DNA of 64,000 nt from an uncultured Gammaproteobacteria bacterium (GTDB taxonomy: Bacteria > Patescibacteriota > Patescibacteriia > UBA9934 > GWF2-40-263), in assembly GCA_964399675.1 (NCBI GenBank), contig CAYNRK010000005.1, forward strand, positions 766 through 64,765, given 5' to 3'. Made by a program: the position numbers and the translations under genes. The notes under the pieces were generated by a model. That model had not been told where the DNA came from, searched no databases, and worked only from the letters and a program-made list of their open reading frames with translations. How positions within the stretch are numbered: the first letter of the stretch is position 1; each line of letters begins with the position of its first letter. Shown here one piece after another: positions 37,853 to 47,721 of the stretch.

Positions 37853-39061
37853 TTATTTATACAAAATACCACGCTCTATTAAATTATTTGCAACGTGCTT
37901 GGCAATCACATTGTTAAAATAAGGAGTGTAGTGAACCGCATCAACATACAAGTTACCTTCTTCTGCTTCTTGAAGACTCGATAGATCTAAAAAGTTTTTT
38001 TGTAATGCCTCATGTTTTTCATCAACCAGCTTTTGCATCAGTTCATACCCTTTGCTTGCCCGACTTCCCATTCCATAAGGATAAAACAAATGTTTTTTTC
38101 TTTCGTACTTATAGGTTGGGGTTGGCTGCCAAATAAATAATGTCTTGAATCCAAAGTTCATTGCAATCGATTCAATGATTTTTTTGTTAATTAGATAACG
38201 CTGAATCGTTAACTTTAAATTTTCATCAGAAAGCTCATTGTCTTCAGAAGCATCAGCATCTTTCGTTTCTTTATTGGAAATTTTTCGCATAACAGACGCT
38301 ACGGCTCTGTTTACTGGTAAGCGCGTGAAGATATCTTTTATCTCTTTTAAAATGATTTTTTCATGTCTTAAGCTTCCCTGGGTTTTAAACATCTCTGTAA
38401 GTTTTTGAGTTTTTTTGGTTTGAGTGGAAATTTTAGTTGGAGCATAGTCATAAGAAAGGTCATTAATTCCATCAATAAAAATTACAACATCCGGATTAAA
38501 TCCTTTCTCTAAGAGGATTTCTAAGAAAATCCTTTCCTGGGTGCTATAAAAGGAACCAACACCAAAATTGTAAATTGCAATATCTTCCATTTTGTCACGC
38601 AGTTGTTCTTGAAGCTGTGATGCAATGGTCTGGTGATCTGCAACTCCTGCTCCATAGGTTGTTGATCCGCCAAAAATGAAAACATTAATATTTTTTTCAC
38701 TTGGTGGCCATGAAGCTTGTTTTTTTATGTACCGAAATCCTTCCTTACTAATATTCACGTATTTACCACTATAACTAGTGTGCATGACTTGTGTGTATGG
38801 GTGATATTCTAATTTTGGATACCAATTTTCCTTGAGAAGTTCGCGAATCTCTTCGTCAGGGAGCTTGGGATAAGCAAGCCTCGCTTTATCAATACCATAA
38901 GATAATGCTCCTGGATTTTCTTTGTACTCCTCATCAGCTACGAAGTATAATAAACCAAGAATCAAATTTAATATAAGAAATATAATAGAACCAATAATAA
39001 GAATCAAAACAGAATCATAAAACAACCGCCTTCCTTTTTTTTCTTTTATTCCGTTCTTCAT
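37853..39061 (-). CDS. SGNH/GDSL hydrolase family protein
   Basis: FGGSTTYG, NFG, DGIND, DAVHY. Confidence 0.85.
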   Translation of the reverse strand: MKNGIKEKKGRRLFYDSVLILIIGSIIFLILNLILGLLYFVADEEYKENPGALSYGIDKARLAYPKLPDEEIRELLKENWYPKLEYHPYTQVMHTSYSGKYVNISKEGFRYIKKQASWPPSEKNINVFIFGGSTTYGAGVADHQTIASQLQEQLRDKMEDIAIYNFGVGSFYSTQERIFLEILLEKGFNPDVVIFIDGINDLSYDYAPTKISTQTKKTQKLTEMFKTQGSLRHEKIILKEIKDIFTRLPVNRAVASVMRKISNKETKDADASEDNELSDENLKLTIQRYLINKKIIESIAMNFGFKTLFIWQPTPTYKYERKKHLFYPYGMGSRASKGYELMQKLVDEKHEALQKNFLDLSSLQEAEEGNLYVDAVHYTPYFNNVIAKHVANNLIERGILYK

Positions 39062-39121
39062 AATGCTATAAAACCTTCAGGTGGGTACACTGAGTGTATA
39101 ACTCACTAACCCATTAAGGTT

Positions 39122-40165
39122 ATGTTAAATACTAAAGAGTATGTTGGTGTGGATCTGCACAAGAGGTTCTTTGTTGCACACTTCACCAACGAGAAAGGTC
39201 AACAGTCTCAGACAAAGAAGTATGAGACCAATCGTGATGAGATTGAGGTGTTCATGGACGACCTTCACCCGCAGGCTTCTATTGCAGTGGAACCGGTAAG
39301 CCAGTGGTCCTGGTTCTGTGACACACTTGAGCGTGAGGGGTTTGACACCCATCTTGCTCATCCTATGCAAGTAAAGGCCATAGCCAATGCTCGCATTAAG
39401 ACAGACAAGATCGACGCCAAAGTCCTGGCAGATCTGTTACGGTGCAATATGCTTCCTGAAGCATATCAGTCTCCACTACACGTTCGTGAGTGGAAAGAAC
39501 TCACAAGACATCGTGTGTCTTTTGTACGTCAGAGAACACAGAACATGAATAGAATTCATGCAATTCTGTTCAAGAACGCTCTTCACTATGAAGGAAGACT
39601 TTGGGGAAAGACGGGAAGGAAATGGCTCAAGGATCAGGATCTTTCAAACCATCACAAGATGTTGGTTGGCGAACACTTGCAAACCATAGATGAGCTCAAT
39701 GCACAGATAGACAGGATTGCAACAATCATTCAGACAACCGTGGAGAACCACGAGGGAGCAAAGCTCCTTACCACCATTCCAGGCATTAGCTATATCTGGG
39801 CTCTCACCATTATGGCAGAGATTGGAGACATTGCTCGTTTCAAGAAGGCCAAGAAGCTCATGAGCTATGCCGGGCTTGTGCCTTCAACATATTCATCAGG
39901 AGGAAACACCAGGCATGGCAGGATCACCAAGAGAGGATCTAATTGGCTTCGTCTTGCCATGATTGAAGTAACGCATGTACAAGGAAGACTCAGAAAGAGT
40001 CATGGCCTTAGGTGGTACTACAACAAGATGAAGACAAGAAAAGATACAAAGACAGCAGCCGTTGCGACTGCCAGAAAACTTCTGGCAGTCGTCTGGACCG
40101 TCCTTACGGAGAATCGTCCATATGAGGACCGTCCACGATCTGGGAATAGTGAAGTGCGCACCTAA
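39122..40165 (+). CDS. IS110-family transposase/recombinase
   Basis: VGVDLHK, AVE, KTDKIDA (DEDD), TIPGI, SYAGLVP..SSGG, VATARKL. Confidence 0.96.
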   Translation: MLNTKEYVGVDLHKRFFVAHFTNEKGQQSQTKKYETNRDEIEVFMDDLHPQASIAVEPVSQWSWFCDTLEREGFDTHLAHPMQVKAIANARIKTDKIDAKVLADLLRCNMLPEAYQSPLHVREWKELTRHRVSFVRQRTQNMNRIHAILFKNALHYEGRLWGKTGRKWLKDQDLSNHHKMLVGEHLQTIDELNAQIDRIATIIQTTVENHEGAKLLTTIPGISYIWALTIMAEIGDIARFKKAKKLMSYAGLVPSTYSSGGNTRHGRITKRGSNWLRLAMIEVTHVQGRLRKSHGLRWYYNKMKTRKDTKTAAVATARKLLAVVWTVLTENRPYEDRPRSGNSEVRT

Positions 40166-40470
40166 TAATATTCACCCGCTCTGCGCGTTAGGTGCTTTTC
40201 ATAATTGTGCGGTTTCACTCACCCCACCAGCATTCTGTGGTATGACAGTCTCTTTAAAAGACAGTCTGACTTTAAGAGTCACCACGTATCGGTAACTGGC
40301 AGATCGCCCTTCTTTTAGAAGGACGATGCTGACCCAAGAATCTTTAACGACCTCTGGCCGTCGCAACGGCTGCTGTCTTTATAATATCTTGAAATGAACT
40401 CATCTGAGTTTTAGAACATTCATATGCTCTAAGACTCAATGAAATCAGTTCGTACTTATCCACTGGACAG
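40166..40470 (+). ncRNA. Putative bridge/seek RNA in IS right end
   Basis: Several hairpins; an internal loop carrying AGCATT (40229-40234) and TATCGGTA (40287-40294), matching both sides of the predicted circle junction. Confidence 0.6.
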
Positions 40471-41546
40471 GTTTTATCGGTATTATTTGAGGATGAAGAA
40501 ATTTTAAGATCCAATAGATTTGTAAGTTGTTCCCAAGTATTTTTTTTATTGAATCGTTTTGTGTCCATTATTGCTTGTGGCCGTATCTTATTCAATTCAT
40601 TCTCAGGAGCATTGATTGCCTTATCAATTTGAGATAAAAGGGAATTTTGGTTTCTGTCCTTAGCTAAAAAGCAGTTATCTTCATTCATCCATTCTAGTCC
40701 TCCTCCCATAGCAAAACCAATGACCACGCATCCCAACCAAGCGGCTTCCACTGGCGGCATTGGAAATCCAAGCAAATGTCCTTTAGGAACAATCCAGTCA
40801 TTTTTGTTTTTTAGTATCTCACGGAAATCAGATGAGATCATATACTTTATTCCTTTTTTGATTTGATGTTTCAATTTTGGTTTTTCAATACCATCGTCAG
40901 TGCTGATAAAATATTTGTGACAAAGAAGCTCTTCAAAAAAATCGCGCTCATGAAATGGTTGGGTTAAAATGGTAATTCTTTCTCGACTGGAAAAATGTTT
41001 TTGTATTAGGGGGATATATTTTTGACCTCGTCTTGCCAGAATTAATATTCCATCTCGATCCAACTCGGCTCTTTCCTGAAACTCTTTCATTGTTGGCGAA
41101 TCAAAAAAAGGATGAACAATAGACATTTTGAGATTATGGTTTTTCTGAAAATAATCCCCACACGCTTTGCTTACATTCCAATGTTGAGTGTAAGGATTTC
41201 CTTGGCAAAACACACTATCCCCAATAGTTAGTCCGCCTTTTGGAACAGACGCACCATGCTGCCAGAAGACTCGTGTTTGATTCCTTTTTTGAGATGCAAT
41301 ATTAACCAACCTTTTGTCTGCCCAAAAATCTATCGTAATATCTTCTTTTTTTAGTTGAGAAGAATATTCTTCAATATTGATTGTTTTTGCAGGTTGATCA
41401 AGAAATGTTGCTTTTTGAGAATTATCTGCACAAACAACAAAACTTTCAAAACCATGTTCTTCAAAGAGCACGGCAACTTGATTCATCACTTTGACACCAC
41501 CACTTGGCTTGTTTGAAGGGCCGGTGATAAAGATTTGCATATTCAA
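40344..41546 (-). CDS. Glycosyltransferase-like protein; C-terminus reads into the IS
   Basis: [21 protein letters not shown]; last ~46 codons lie inside the IS right end. Confidence 0.7.
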   Translation of the reverse strand: MNMQIFITGPSNKPSGGVKVMNQVAVLFEEHGFESFVVCADNSQKATFLDQPAKTINIEEYSSQLKKEDITIDFWADKRLVNIASQKRNQTRVFWQHGASVPKGGLTIGDSVFCQGNPYTQHWNVSKACGDYFQKNHNLKMSIVHPFFDSPTMKEFQERAELDRDGILILARRGQKYIPLIQKHFSSRERITILTQPFHERDFFEELLCHKYFISTDDGIEKPKLKHQIKKGIKYMISSDFREILKNKNDWIVPKGHLLGFPMPPVEAAWLGCVVIGFAMGGGLEWMNEDNCFLAKDRNQNSLLSQIDKAINAPENELNKIRPQAIMDTKRFNKKNTWEQLTNLLDLKISSSSNNTDKTCPVDKYELISLSLRAYECSKTQMSSFQDIIKTAAVATARGR

Positions 41547-42553
41547 AGCACAACTCCGTTCATTTGATCTTCCAAAAGTTTTTTATCCTCATCTACCATT
41601 ATTTTTACTAAATCATGAAATTTCATTTTCGCCTCCCAGTTTAATTCGTTTTTTGCTTTTGTAGTATCGCCTATGAGCACATGTGCTTCAGTGGGACGAA
41701 AGTAACGTTGGTCAATTTCTACATAGTTATTCCAGTCACCTAATCCGGCACAACGAAACGCTTCCTCAACAAATTCTTTTACAGAGTGAGTTTCTCCTGT
41801 TGCTATTACGTAGTCATCAGGTTTGTCTTGTTGCAACATTAACCACATGGCTTCGACATATTCTTTTGCATAACCCCAATCCCGCTTGGCATCAAGGTTT
41901 CCTAAGTAAAGTTTTTTATCCAACCCCGCTTGAATCCTTGCTATACCACGAGTGATTTTTCTTGTTACAAAGGTCTCTCCTCTGCGCGGAGATTCATGAT
42001 TAAACAAAATACCATTACATGCAAACATGTCGTAAGCATTTCGATAATTTCGTGTTGTATGATAGGCAAACACTTTTGCGCAAGCATATGGGCTTTGGGG
42101 ATTAAAACGAGTTTCTTCATTATAAGGTGGGGCAGAAATTGGATTCCCAAACATTTCACTGGAACTTGCCTGATAGAATTTCATTTTTGGATTTACAACT
42201 CGAATGGCATCGAGCACTCTTAATGTTCCAAGTCCGGTAACATCACTGGTGTACTCTGGGATATCAAAGCTAACACGTACATGACTTTGAGCCCCAAGGT
42301 GATAAATTTCATCAGGTTGAATTTTAGTCAAAAGAGCAAGAAGGGTGCCCATATCTGAGAGGTCTCCATAATGCAGATGAAGTCGTCGTTCGCTTTCATG
42401 TGGGTCTTGATAAATATGGTCAATTCGAGGGGTGTTCAATGTGCTTGAACGGCGAATTAGCCCATGTACTTCGTATCCTTTTTTTAATAAAAATTCAGCA
42501 AGGTATGAACCGTCTTGTCCTGTAATGCCCGTGATAAAAGCTTTTTTGTCCAT
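41543..42553 (-). CDS. gmd: GDP-mannose 4,6-dehydratase
   Basis: [39 protein letters not shown]. Confidence 0.98.
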   Translation of the reverse strand: MDKKAFITGITGQDGSYLAEFLLKKGYEVHGLIRRSSTLNTPRIDHIYQDPHESERRLHLHYGDLSDMGTLLALLTKIQPDEIYHLGAQSHVRVSFDIPEYTSDVTGLGTLRVLDAIRVVNPKMKFYQASSSEMFGNPISAPPYNEETRFNPQSPYACAKVFAYHTTRNYRNAYDMFACNGILFNHESPRRGETFVTRKITRGIARIQAGLDKKLYLGNLDAKRDWGYAKEYVEAMWLMLQQDKPDDYVIATGETHSVKEFVEEAFRCAGLGDWNNYVEIDQRYFRPTEAHVLIGDTTKAKNELNWEAKMKFHDLVKIMVDEDKKLLEDQMNGVVL

Positions 42554-42632
42554 AGAGATTAAATATCAATACTAATCTTGATTATTCGCATGAGTTCAAT
42601 CCTATACGTACTTGAACAAAAAATCAACAAAT

Positions 42633-43712
42633 TTAAGCAACAAATTCCTGGAATCCGAGTTGGTCTTTGATTTCCAAAATTTGTGCAAGTAAAGAGAGTC
42701 CCCACAAAAACAGAGTTGTTCCATGAATGTCGGGTTCGGCAAGTCCTTTAGTGATTGTTGCACCATAATAATGATCATTTGATCGTTTTTCAAAAAAAGA
42801 AAAACCACCGTGTTCAGGCCAATAGAATTTTCGATAGGAGGACAAGAGCTTAGTTGCAAAGTCTTTTATCTCCTTGTTTCGATATTGATATTCTGTTGCT
42901 TCATTTGCATATTTTAAAACATAGATAACATTGAAATTGTCACAGGCGTGTTTATTGTTTTTTGTCTTAAGCGCCAGGTCAATGAGTTTTTCTGCGTAAC
43001 TGAATCTCATTTTGTTTACAGCGCGCAAGCCTGTTAGAATTTTCATGGCTCCGTTTATCTTTTGTTGTAATGAGGGATCGTTTTTGTACCATGCACCTGT
43101 TTTAGGATTTTGAATCGATGATATCCAATTGATTGCATAATCTATAAGGTGATTTTTATTTGAAAGATCGCTGTTTGCAAGAAAAAATAATAAATGTGAA
43201 AAATGACTTCCAGCAGCCCATGGCTTGGTCCAATTCAAGACAGAGAGGTAAGTGCGTATTTCTTCTGTTGACTTTGGAAATTGTTTTGGATAGATGTCTG
43301 GTTTTTCATCTAATAGTTTTAGTGCGGATACTGCTTGACGGGTTTCTGCTCGTATTGTTTGTTGATGAAAAAAGTTATTAAAATCATTATGCTTGATTGC
43401 TGATAACTTCTCGCGCCAAAAAGCTTTTTGTTTTACAAGAGGATCGAAGATAGTTCCATCAGACTTTTGAAAACTCTTGATAAGGTTTGCCATGTCTTTG
43501 CGATCTTGTTTTGGTAATTTGTTTAATAGATTAAGTGTATAGAAACTCTTCACAGCAAAGACTGTATTACCCAATCCCCAGTGAGTATTTTCATCATACA
43601 GATCACCTGAAAGCGAGTAATGAAAAAAACCAGGACGTTTTTTTCCTTTAAGACGCTTGAGAAAGAGTAGAGCCTCTTTTTTTAAATTTAATAACCAATC
43701 GATGTCATTCAT
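42633..43712 (-). CDS. Hypothetical protein in glycan locus (helical-repeat-like)
   Basis: 359-aa ORF coupled to the upstream GT; Q..DG/Q...GAW/GGFS motifs reminiscent of alpha/alpha barrels. Confidence 0.6.
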   Translation of the reverse strand: MNDIDWLLNLKKEALLFLKRLKGKKRPGFFHYSLSGDLYDENTHWGLGNTVFAVKSFYTLNLLNKLPKQDRKDMANLIKSFQKSDGTIFDPLVKQKAFWREKLSAIKHNDFNNFFHQQTIRAETRQAVSALKLLDEKPDIYPKQFPKSTEEIRTYLSVLNWTKPWAAGSHFSHLLFFLANSDLSNKNHLIDYAINWISSIQNPKTGAWYKNDPSLQQKINGAMKILTGLRAVNKMRFSYAEKLIDLALKTKNNKHACDNFNVIYVLKYANEATEYQYRNKEIKDFATKLLSSYRKFYWPEHGGFSFFEKRSNDHYYGATITKGLAEPDIHGTTLFLWGLSLLAQILEIKDQLGFQEFVA

Positions 43713-44749
43713 GAAGACTTGTTAAATTTTGATGCGAAGCGATAATAGCGTAATAGTAGATCCATTTTCGTTATGTCGGTTTTTGCATAAGCCCCTTTTT
43801 TCTTCTTTATTGAATGAAAAAGAAGAGAGTATTGATTACACATTTTATTGTTTGTATTTGGATAGTTTTCCATTTTTTCTGCAATAAAATCAAATCGATC
43901 AACGAGTTTTTTTAAATTTGGGATAATGTCATTTTTGTTATTAAACATTACGCCATACCCATCACAATATTCTGGCAGTGCACCACTGTTTCTATAAAGA
44001 AGCGGAAGACCACATAAAGCTCCCTCAATGTGATGCATGCCGGCTGGTTCATTCAAGGACGCTGTTATATATACATCACACGACTGAAGCATCTTTGCAA
44101 GGTCTTTTCCTGATCTGGGGGGATGGATTTGGATACGCTTTACCTCTATATTTTTGGGTGCGTTCCCTATGTAATGAAATTCAAATCTATCACCCAAATT
44201 TGTTTCGTTCAACATACGATCAATATACAAATAAACATCCCATCCTTTTTTCCAATTTCCACTCCAATGATGTGTTACAAGTCGTATTTTTCTGTCTTTC
44301 GGCAGCTGCCTTTTTTGATAAGTAAAGATATTTGGGTCTGCACCATTTTTAATAACTGATTGACTTTCTGTAAAGGTGTGCTGAGCTTGAAGCAGACGAG
44401 CAAGCCAGGACGAAATAAATACAGTATGATCAGCAACCGTATTTGCCAGGGCGAGTTGTTTGTTTGTTGTTTTGGTTCCTTTCCGTTCATCGCACTCATT
44501 GGTGCGATGAACCACAATAACATTTGGATTGACATTCCGAATATATTTCATAATTTCAACAGGGCCAAAGGAAACAGATTTGAGTGATGTTCGCGGATCG
44601 GTCATAAGAACGATGTCCAGATTTGGTTCGTTTAAATCAAAAAAAATCTCATCACCTTTGCTTTGGAGATACGAGGAAAGCGATTTACCAAATTGGTTTC
44701 CTCCACCAAAGGATCCGTCTTGCAAATGCATGCCAAAGGCGATTTTCAT
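43709..44749 (-). CDS. Glycosyltransferase family 4-like
   Basis: GGGNQF, EPAGMHHIEGALCGLP. Confidence 0.82.
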   Translation of the reverse strand: MKIAFGMHLQDGSFGGGNQFGKSLSSYLQSKGDEIFFDLNEPNLDIVLMTDPRTSLKSVSFGPVEIMKYIRNVNPNVIVVHRTNECDERKGTKTTNKQLALANTVADHTVFISSWLARLLQAQHTFTESQSVIKNGADPNIFTYQKRQLPKDRKIRLVTHHWSGNWKKGWDVYLYIDRMLNETNLGDRFEFHYIGNAPKNIEVKRIQIHPPRSGKDLAKMLQSCDVYITASLNEPAGMHHIEGALCGLPLLYRNSGALPEYCDGYGVMFNNKNDIIPNLKKLVDRFDFIAEKMENYPNTNNKMCNQYSLLFHSIKKKKGAYAKTDITKMDLLLRYYRFASKFNKSS

Positions 44750-44761
44750 ACACAGCATTTT

Positions 44762-46471
44762 TTAAGCCACTCTTGAATTTTTTGAAACCATATAATTTTC
44801 CATAAACAAATAATCTATATCTGTGTTTAAAAAGCACTTTATTGCATCAGTTGGAGTACATACAATTGGCTCACCGCGCACATTAAATGATGTATTAATA
44901 ACAACCGGGCAGTTTGTGAAGTTTTCAAATCGTTGTATTAGGTCGTAATATTTTTTATTCTCATCACGATTTACTGTTTGCAGTCGTGCAGAATTATTAA
45001 CATGTGTGACTGCAGGAATATCAGGTCTTTTTACAGGTGCGGTTATTAGCATAAATGGATTTGGGCATGAACCATCAAAATATTCATGACTACGATCTTC
45101 AAGAACTGATGGAGCAAATGGGCGAAAACTTTCACGAAATTTCACTTTTAAATTAACACGCTGCCAATTTTTTTTGTCTCTTGGATCAGCCAGGATCGAA
45201 CGATTACCTAAAGCACGTGGTCCATATTCCATTCTTCCTTGAAACCACCCAATCACATGATTTTTAGCAAGGAGTAAAGCAGCAATCTCAATAATTTCAT
45301 CTTGACTTTTTTTCAGAAATGGAATCTGCATTTTTTTGAGAGAACGTTCAATCTCTTCATTTGAAAATGATGGTCCTAGAAACGCATTTTTCATTTCATT
45401 CTCTTTTGGATTTTTTAAAATTGCATGCCATAAATATAATGCAGCCCCCAAGGCCCCACCCGCATCTCCTGCTGCAGGTTGAATGAAAACATTTTTAAAT
45501 TGTGAGTTTTTTAAAATTTTTTCATTTGCAACACAGTTAAGCGCCACCCCTCCTGCAAGACACAGATTGTCACTGGGATGAATACGATAAGCGTGTTTGA
45601 TAATATTTAATACTGCTTCTTCTAACACGCATTGCATACTCGCAGCAATGTCTTTCTCTTTTTGTGTAAGAGGTGATTCTGGCTTTCTGGGTTTTCCATC
45701 AAAAAGTTTATCAAAGTTTGCATTTGTCATTGTTTGTCCGTAAGTATATGCAAAATATTTTTGATTGAGAGAATAACTTCCATCATCGTGTAGTTGGATC
45801 AGTTTTTTCACTTTGTCATAATATTTTTCTGGATTTCCATAAGGTGCCAGTCCCATTGCTTTGTACTCTCCACCGTTTACCTTAAATCCAAGGTAATATG
45901 TAAGCGCAGAATAAAACAGTCCCAACGAATCAGGAAAATTTATACATTTTGAAATTGACAAATCTGAACCATGTCCATAGCCGATCGTGGTTGTCTCCCA
46001 TTCGCCCACACCGTCAATTGTCACAACAGTGGCTTCATTAAACGGAGAAACATAAAAAGCACTGGCTGCATGTGAAGTATGGTGTTTTGAAAATAATATT
46101 GGTCCGTTGTAATTGAGTCTTTTTTGAATTATCTGTTTAATCCATAATTTCGATTTTAACCAAACAGGCATTGCTTTAAGAAACGAAAGAAAACTTTTTG
46201 GCCATGAGGTTATGAAAGTTTCAAGGATTCTTTCAAACTTTAAAAGAGGTTTGTCGTAAAAAATGACGTAATCCAGATCATCTATTTTGATTTGAGCTTC
46301 ATGCAAACAATAATCTATTGCATTTTTTGGAAACGAATCATCATGTTTTTTTCTTGTAAAACGTTCCTCTTGAGCTGCTGCAACAACCTCTCCGTTTTTT
46401 AAAAGAGTAGCAGCGGAATCATGATAAAAACATGAAATGCCTAAAATGTATTTTGCTTTTTTATAATCCAT
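44762..46471 (-). CDS. O-carbamoyltransferase (NodU/CmcH/SxtI family)
   Basis: YHDSAA, QEERF, HHTSHAASAF, DGVGE, GEYKAMGLAPYG, GPRALGNRS, NTSFN. Confidence 0.95.
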   Translation of the reverse strand: MDYKKAKYILGISCFYHDSAATLLKNGEVVAAAQEERFTRKKHDDSFPKNAIDYCLHEAQIKIDDLDYVIFYDKPLLKFERILETFITSWPKSFLSFLKAMPVWLKSKLWIKQIIQKRLNYNGPILFSKHHTSHAASAFYVSPFNEATVVTIDGVGEWETTTIGYGHGSDLSISKCINFPDSLGLFYSALTYYLGFKVNGGEYKAMGLAPYGNPEKYYDKVKKLIQLHDDGSYSLNQKYFAYTYGQTMTNANFDKLFDGKPRKPESPLTQKEKDIAASMQCVLEEAVLNIIKHAYRIHPSDNLCLAGGVALNCVANEKILKNSQFKNVFIQPAAGDAGGALGAALYLWHAILKNPKENEMKNAFLGPSFSNEEIERSLKKMQIPFLKKSQDEIIEIAALLLAKNHVIGWFQGRMEYGPRALGNRSILADPRDKKNWQRVNLKVKFRESFRPFAPSVLEDRSHEYFDGSCPNPFMLITAPVKRPDIPAVTHVNNSARLQTVNRDENKKYYDLIQRFENFTNCPVVINTSFNVRGEPIVCTPTDAIKCFLNTDIDYLFMENYMVSKNSRVA

Positions 46472-46477
46472 ATTTAT

Positions 46478-46711
46478 TTAAGATTGATGAGATACTCTTT
46501 CCATACTAGGTGGTTCATGTGATACTTTTCCCCAAGTGCTTTGTTTTGATTTTTTATTGATACAATGAATTCCTTTACGTATAATTGCGACAAAGCCTAG
46601 AATAAAAAAATAGAAAATACTTAACAAGATTTTTGTATTAACTCTGCCTAATAAGTTAGCAAATTTCATCCAGGTGAATTTGATCAGAGAGAAAGTATTT
46701 TTTAAAGACAT
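46478..46711 (-). CDS. SxtJ-like small membrane protein
   Basis: WMKFANLLGRVNTKILLSIFYFFIL. Confidence 0.75.
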   Translation of the reverse strand: MSLKNTFSLIKFTWMKFANLLGRVNTKILLSIFYFFILGFVAIIRKGIHCINKKSKQSTWGKVSHEPPSMERVSHQS

Positions 46712-46722
46712 AATTACAGTTT

Positions 46723-47721
46723 ATGGTACAGAATGAAATAACGTTTATTTGCCCAGTATGCAATATGATTTTGGAGTTGTCTAGTGATAGTATTCAATGC
46801 TCTAATTGCAGATTACTTTTTAAGTTTCAAGATAATATCCCGCTGTTATTTTGGTCAAATGAATGGAACGATTCAAGGCAAGATATTACAAATACAATGA
46901 AGTCTTTTTATGAAGAAAATCCTTTTCCAAATTATGAAGAGTTTGATTCCAAATGGAGCTTGAAAGTGAAAGCAAGAAAAGGGGTTTTTGCTCGATTGCT
47001 TGATGACCAGATTCCTCATAATGCAAAAGTGCTCGAAGTTGGATGTGGTACCGGGCAATTGAGTAATTTTTTAGCAACAAAGTGGGGAAGAACCGTTTAT
47101 GCCACAGACATGTGTTTGAACTCTTTAAAATTAGGTCAGGAGTTCAAAGAAAAAAATCAGATTGATCAAGCAACTTTTTTACAAATGAATTTATTTAGAC
47201 CAGTATTTAAACCAGAAAGTTTTGATGTTGTGATTTGTAATGGTGTTCTACACCATACAAGTGATCCGTTTTTGGGTTTTCAGTCAATTGCGAATTTAGT
47301 AAAAAAGGATGGATATATTATTATTGGTCTTTATAACAAATTTGGAAGATTGATTACTGATATCAGACGAGCTATTTTTAATGTTTTTGACAACCGTTTT
47401 ACGTTTCTTGATAGTCGTCTGAGGGATCATGATGTTAGCAACACAAGAAAGCATATTTGGTTTATGGATCAATATAAAAATCCACATGAATCAAAACATA
47501 CAATTGGAGAAGTACAAGATTGGTTTGAGCAATCCGGGTTTGAATTTATAAATTGTTTACCAAAACTTACAATAACAGATTCATTTTTTTCTGATAAAAA
47601 ATTATTTAAAAAAAGACCAAAGGGGTCATTGACGGACCGTTTTTTGGTTCAATTGGAAACGGTGTTTCGAGGTGGAAGGGAAGGCGGTTTTTTTATAATG
47701 ATCGGTCGAAAGAAATTCTAG
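46723..47721 (+). CDS. SAM-dependent methyltransferase with N-terminal Trm112-like Zn ribbon
   Basis: CPVC..CSNC, FYEENPFPNY, LEVGCGTG, GVLHHT. Confidence 0.87.
   Translation: MVQNEITFICPVCNMILELSSDSIQCSNCRLLFKFQDNIPLLFWSNEWNDSRQDITNTMKSFYEENPFPNYEEFDSKWSLKVKARKGVFARLLDDQIPHNAKVLEVGCGTGQLSNFLATKWGRTVYATDMCLNSLKLGQEFKEKNQIDQATFLQMNLFRPVFKPESFDVVICNGVLHHTSDPFLGFQSIANLVKKDGYIIIGLYNKFGRLITDIRRAIFNVFDNRFTFLDSRLRDHDVSNTRKHIWFMDQYKNPHESKHTIGEVQDWFEQSGFEFINCLPKLTITDSFFSDKKLFKKRPKGSLTDRFLVQLETVFRGGREGGFFIMIGRKKF

Larger units (their letters stand above)
39062..40481 (+). mobile_element. IS110-family (IS1111-type) insertion sequence
   Basis: Subterminal inverted repeats ATAAAACCT (39068-39076)/AGGTTTTAT (40469-40477), flanking AT cores, short left end, ~315-bp structured right end. 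Confidence 0.8.

Noticed and set aside
44762-46711. Saxitoxin biosynthesis
   Set aside because: Only the widespread carbamoyltransferase/SxtJ/SxtK-like module is present; no sxtA or other toxin genes.
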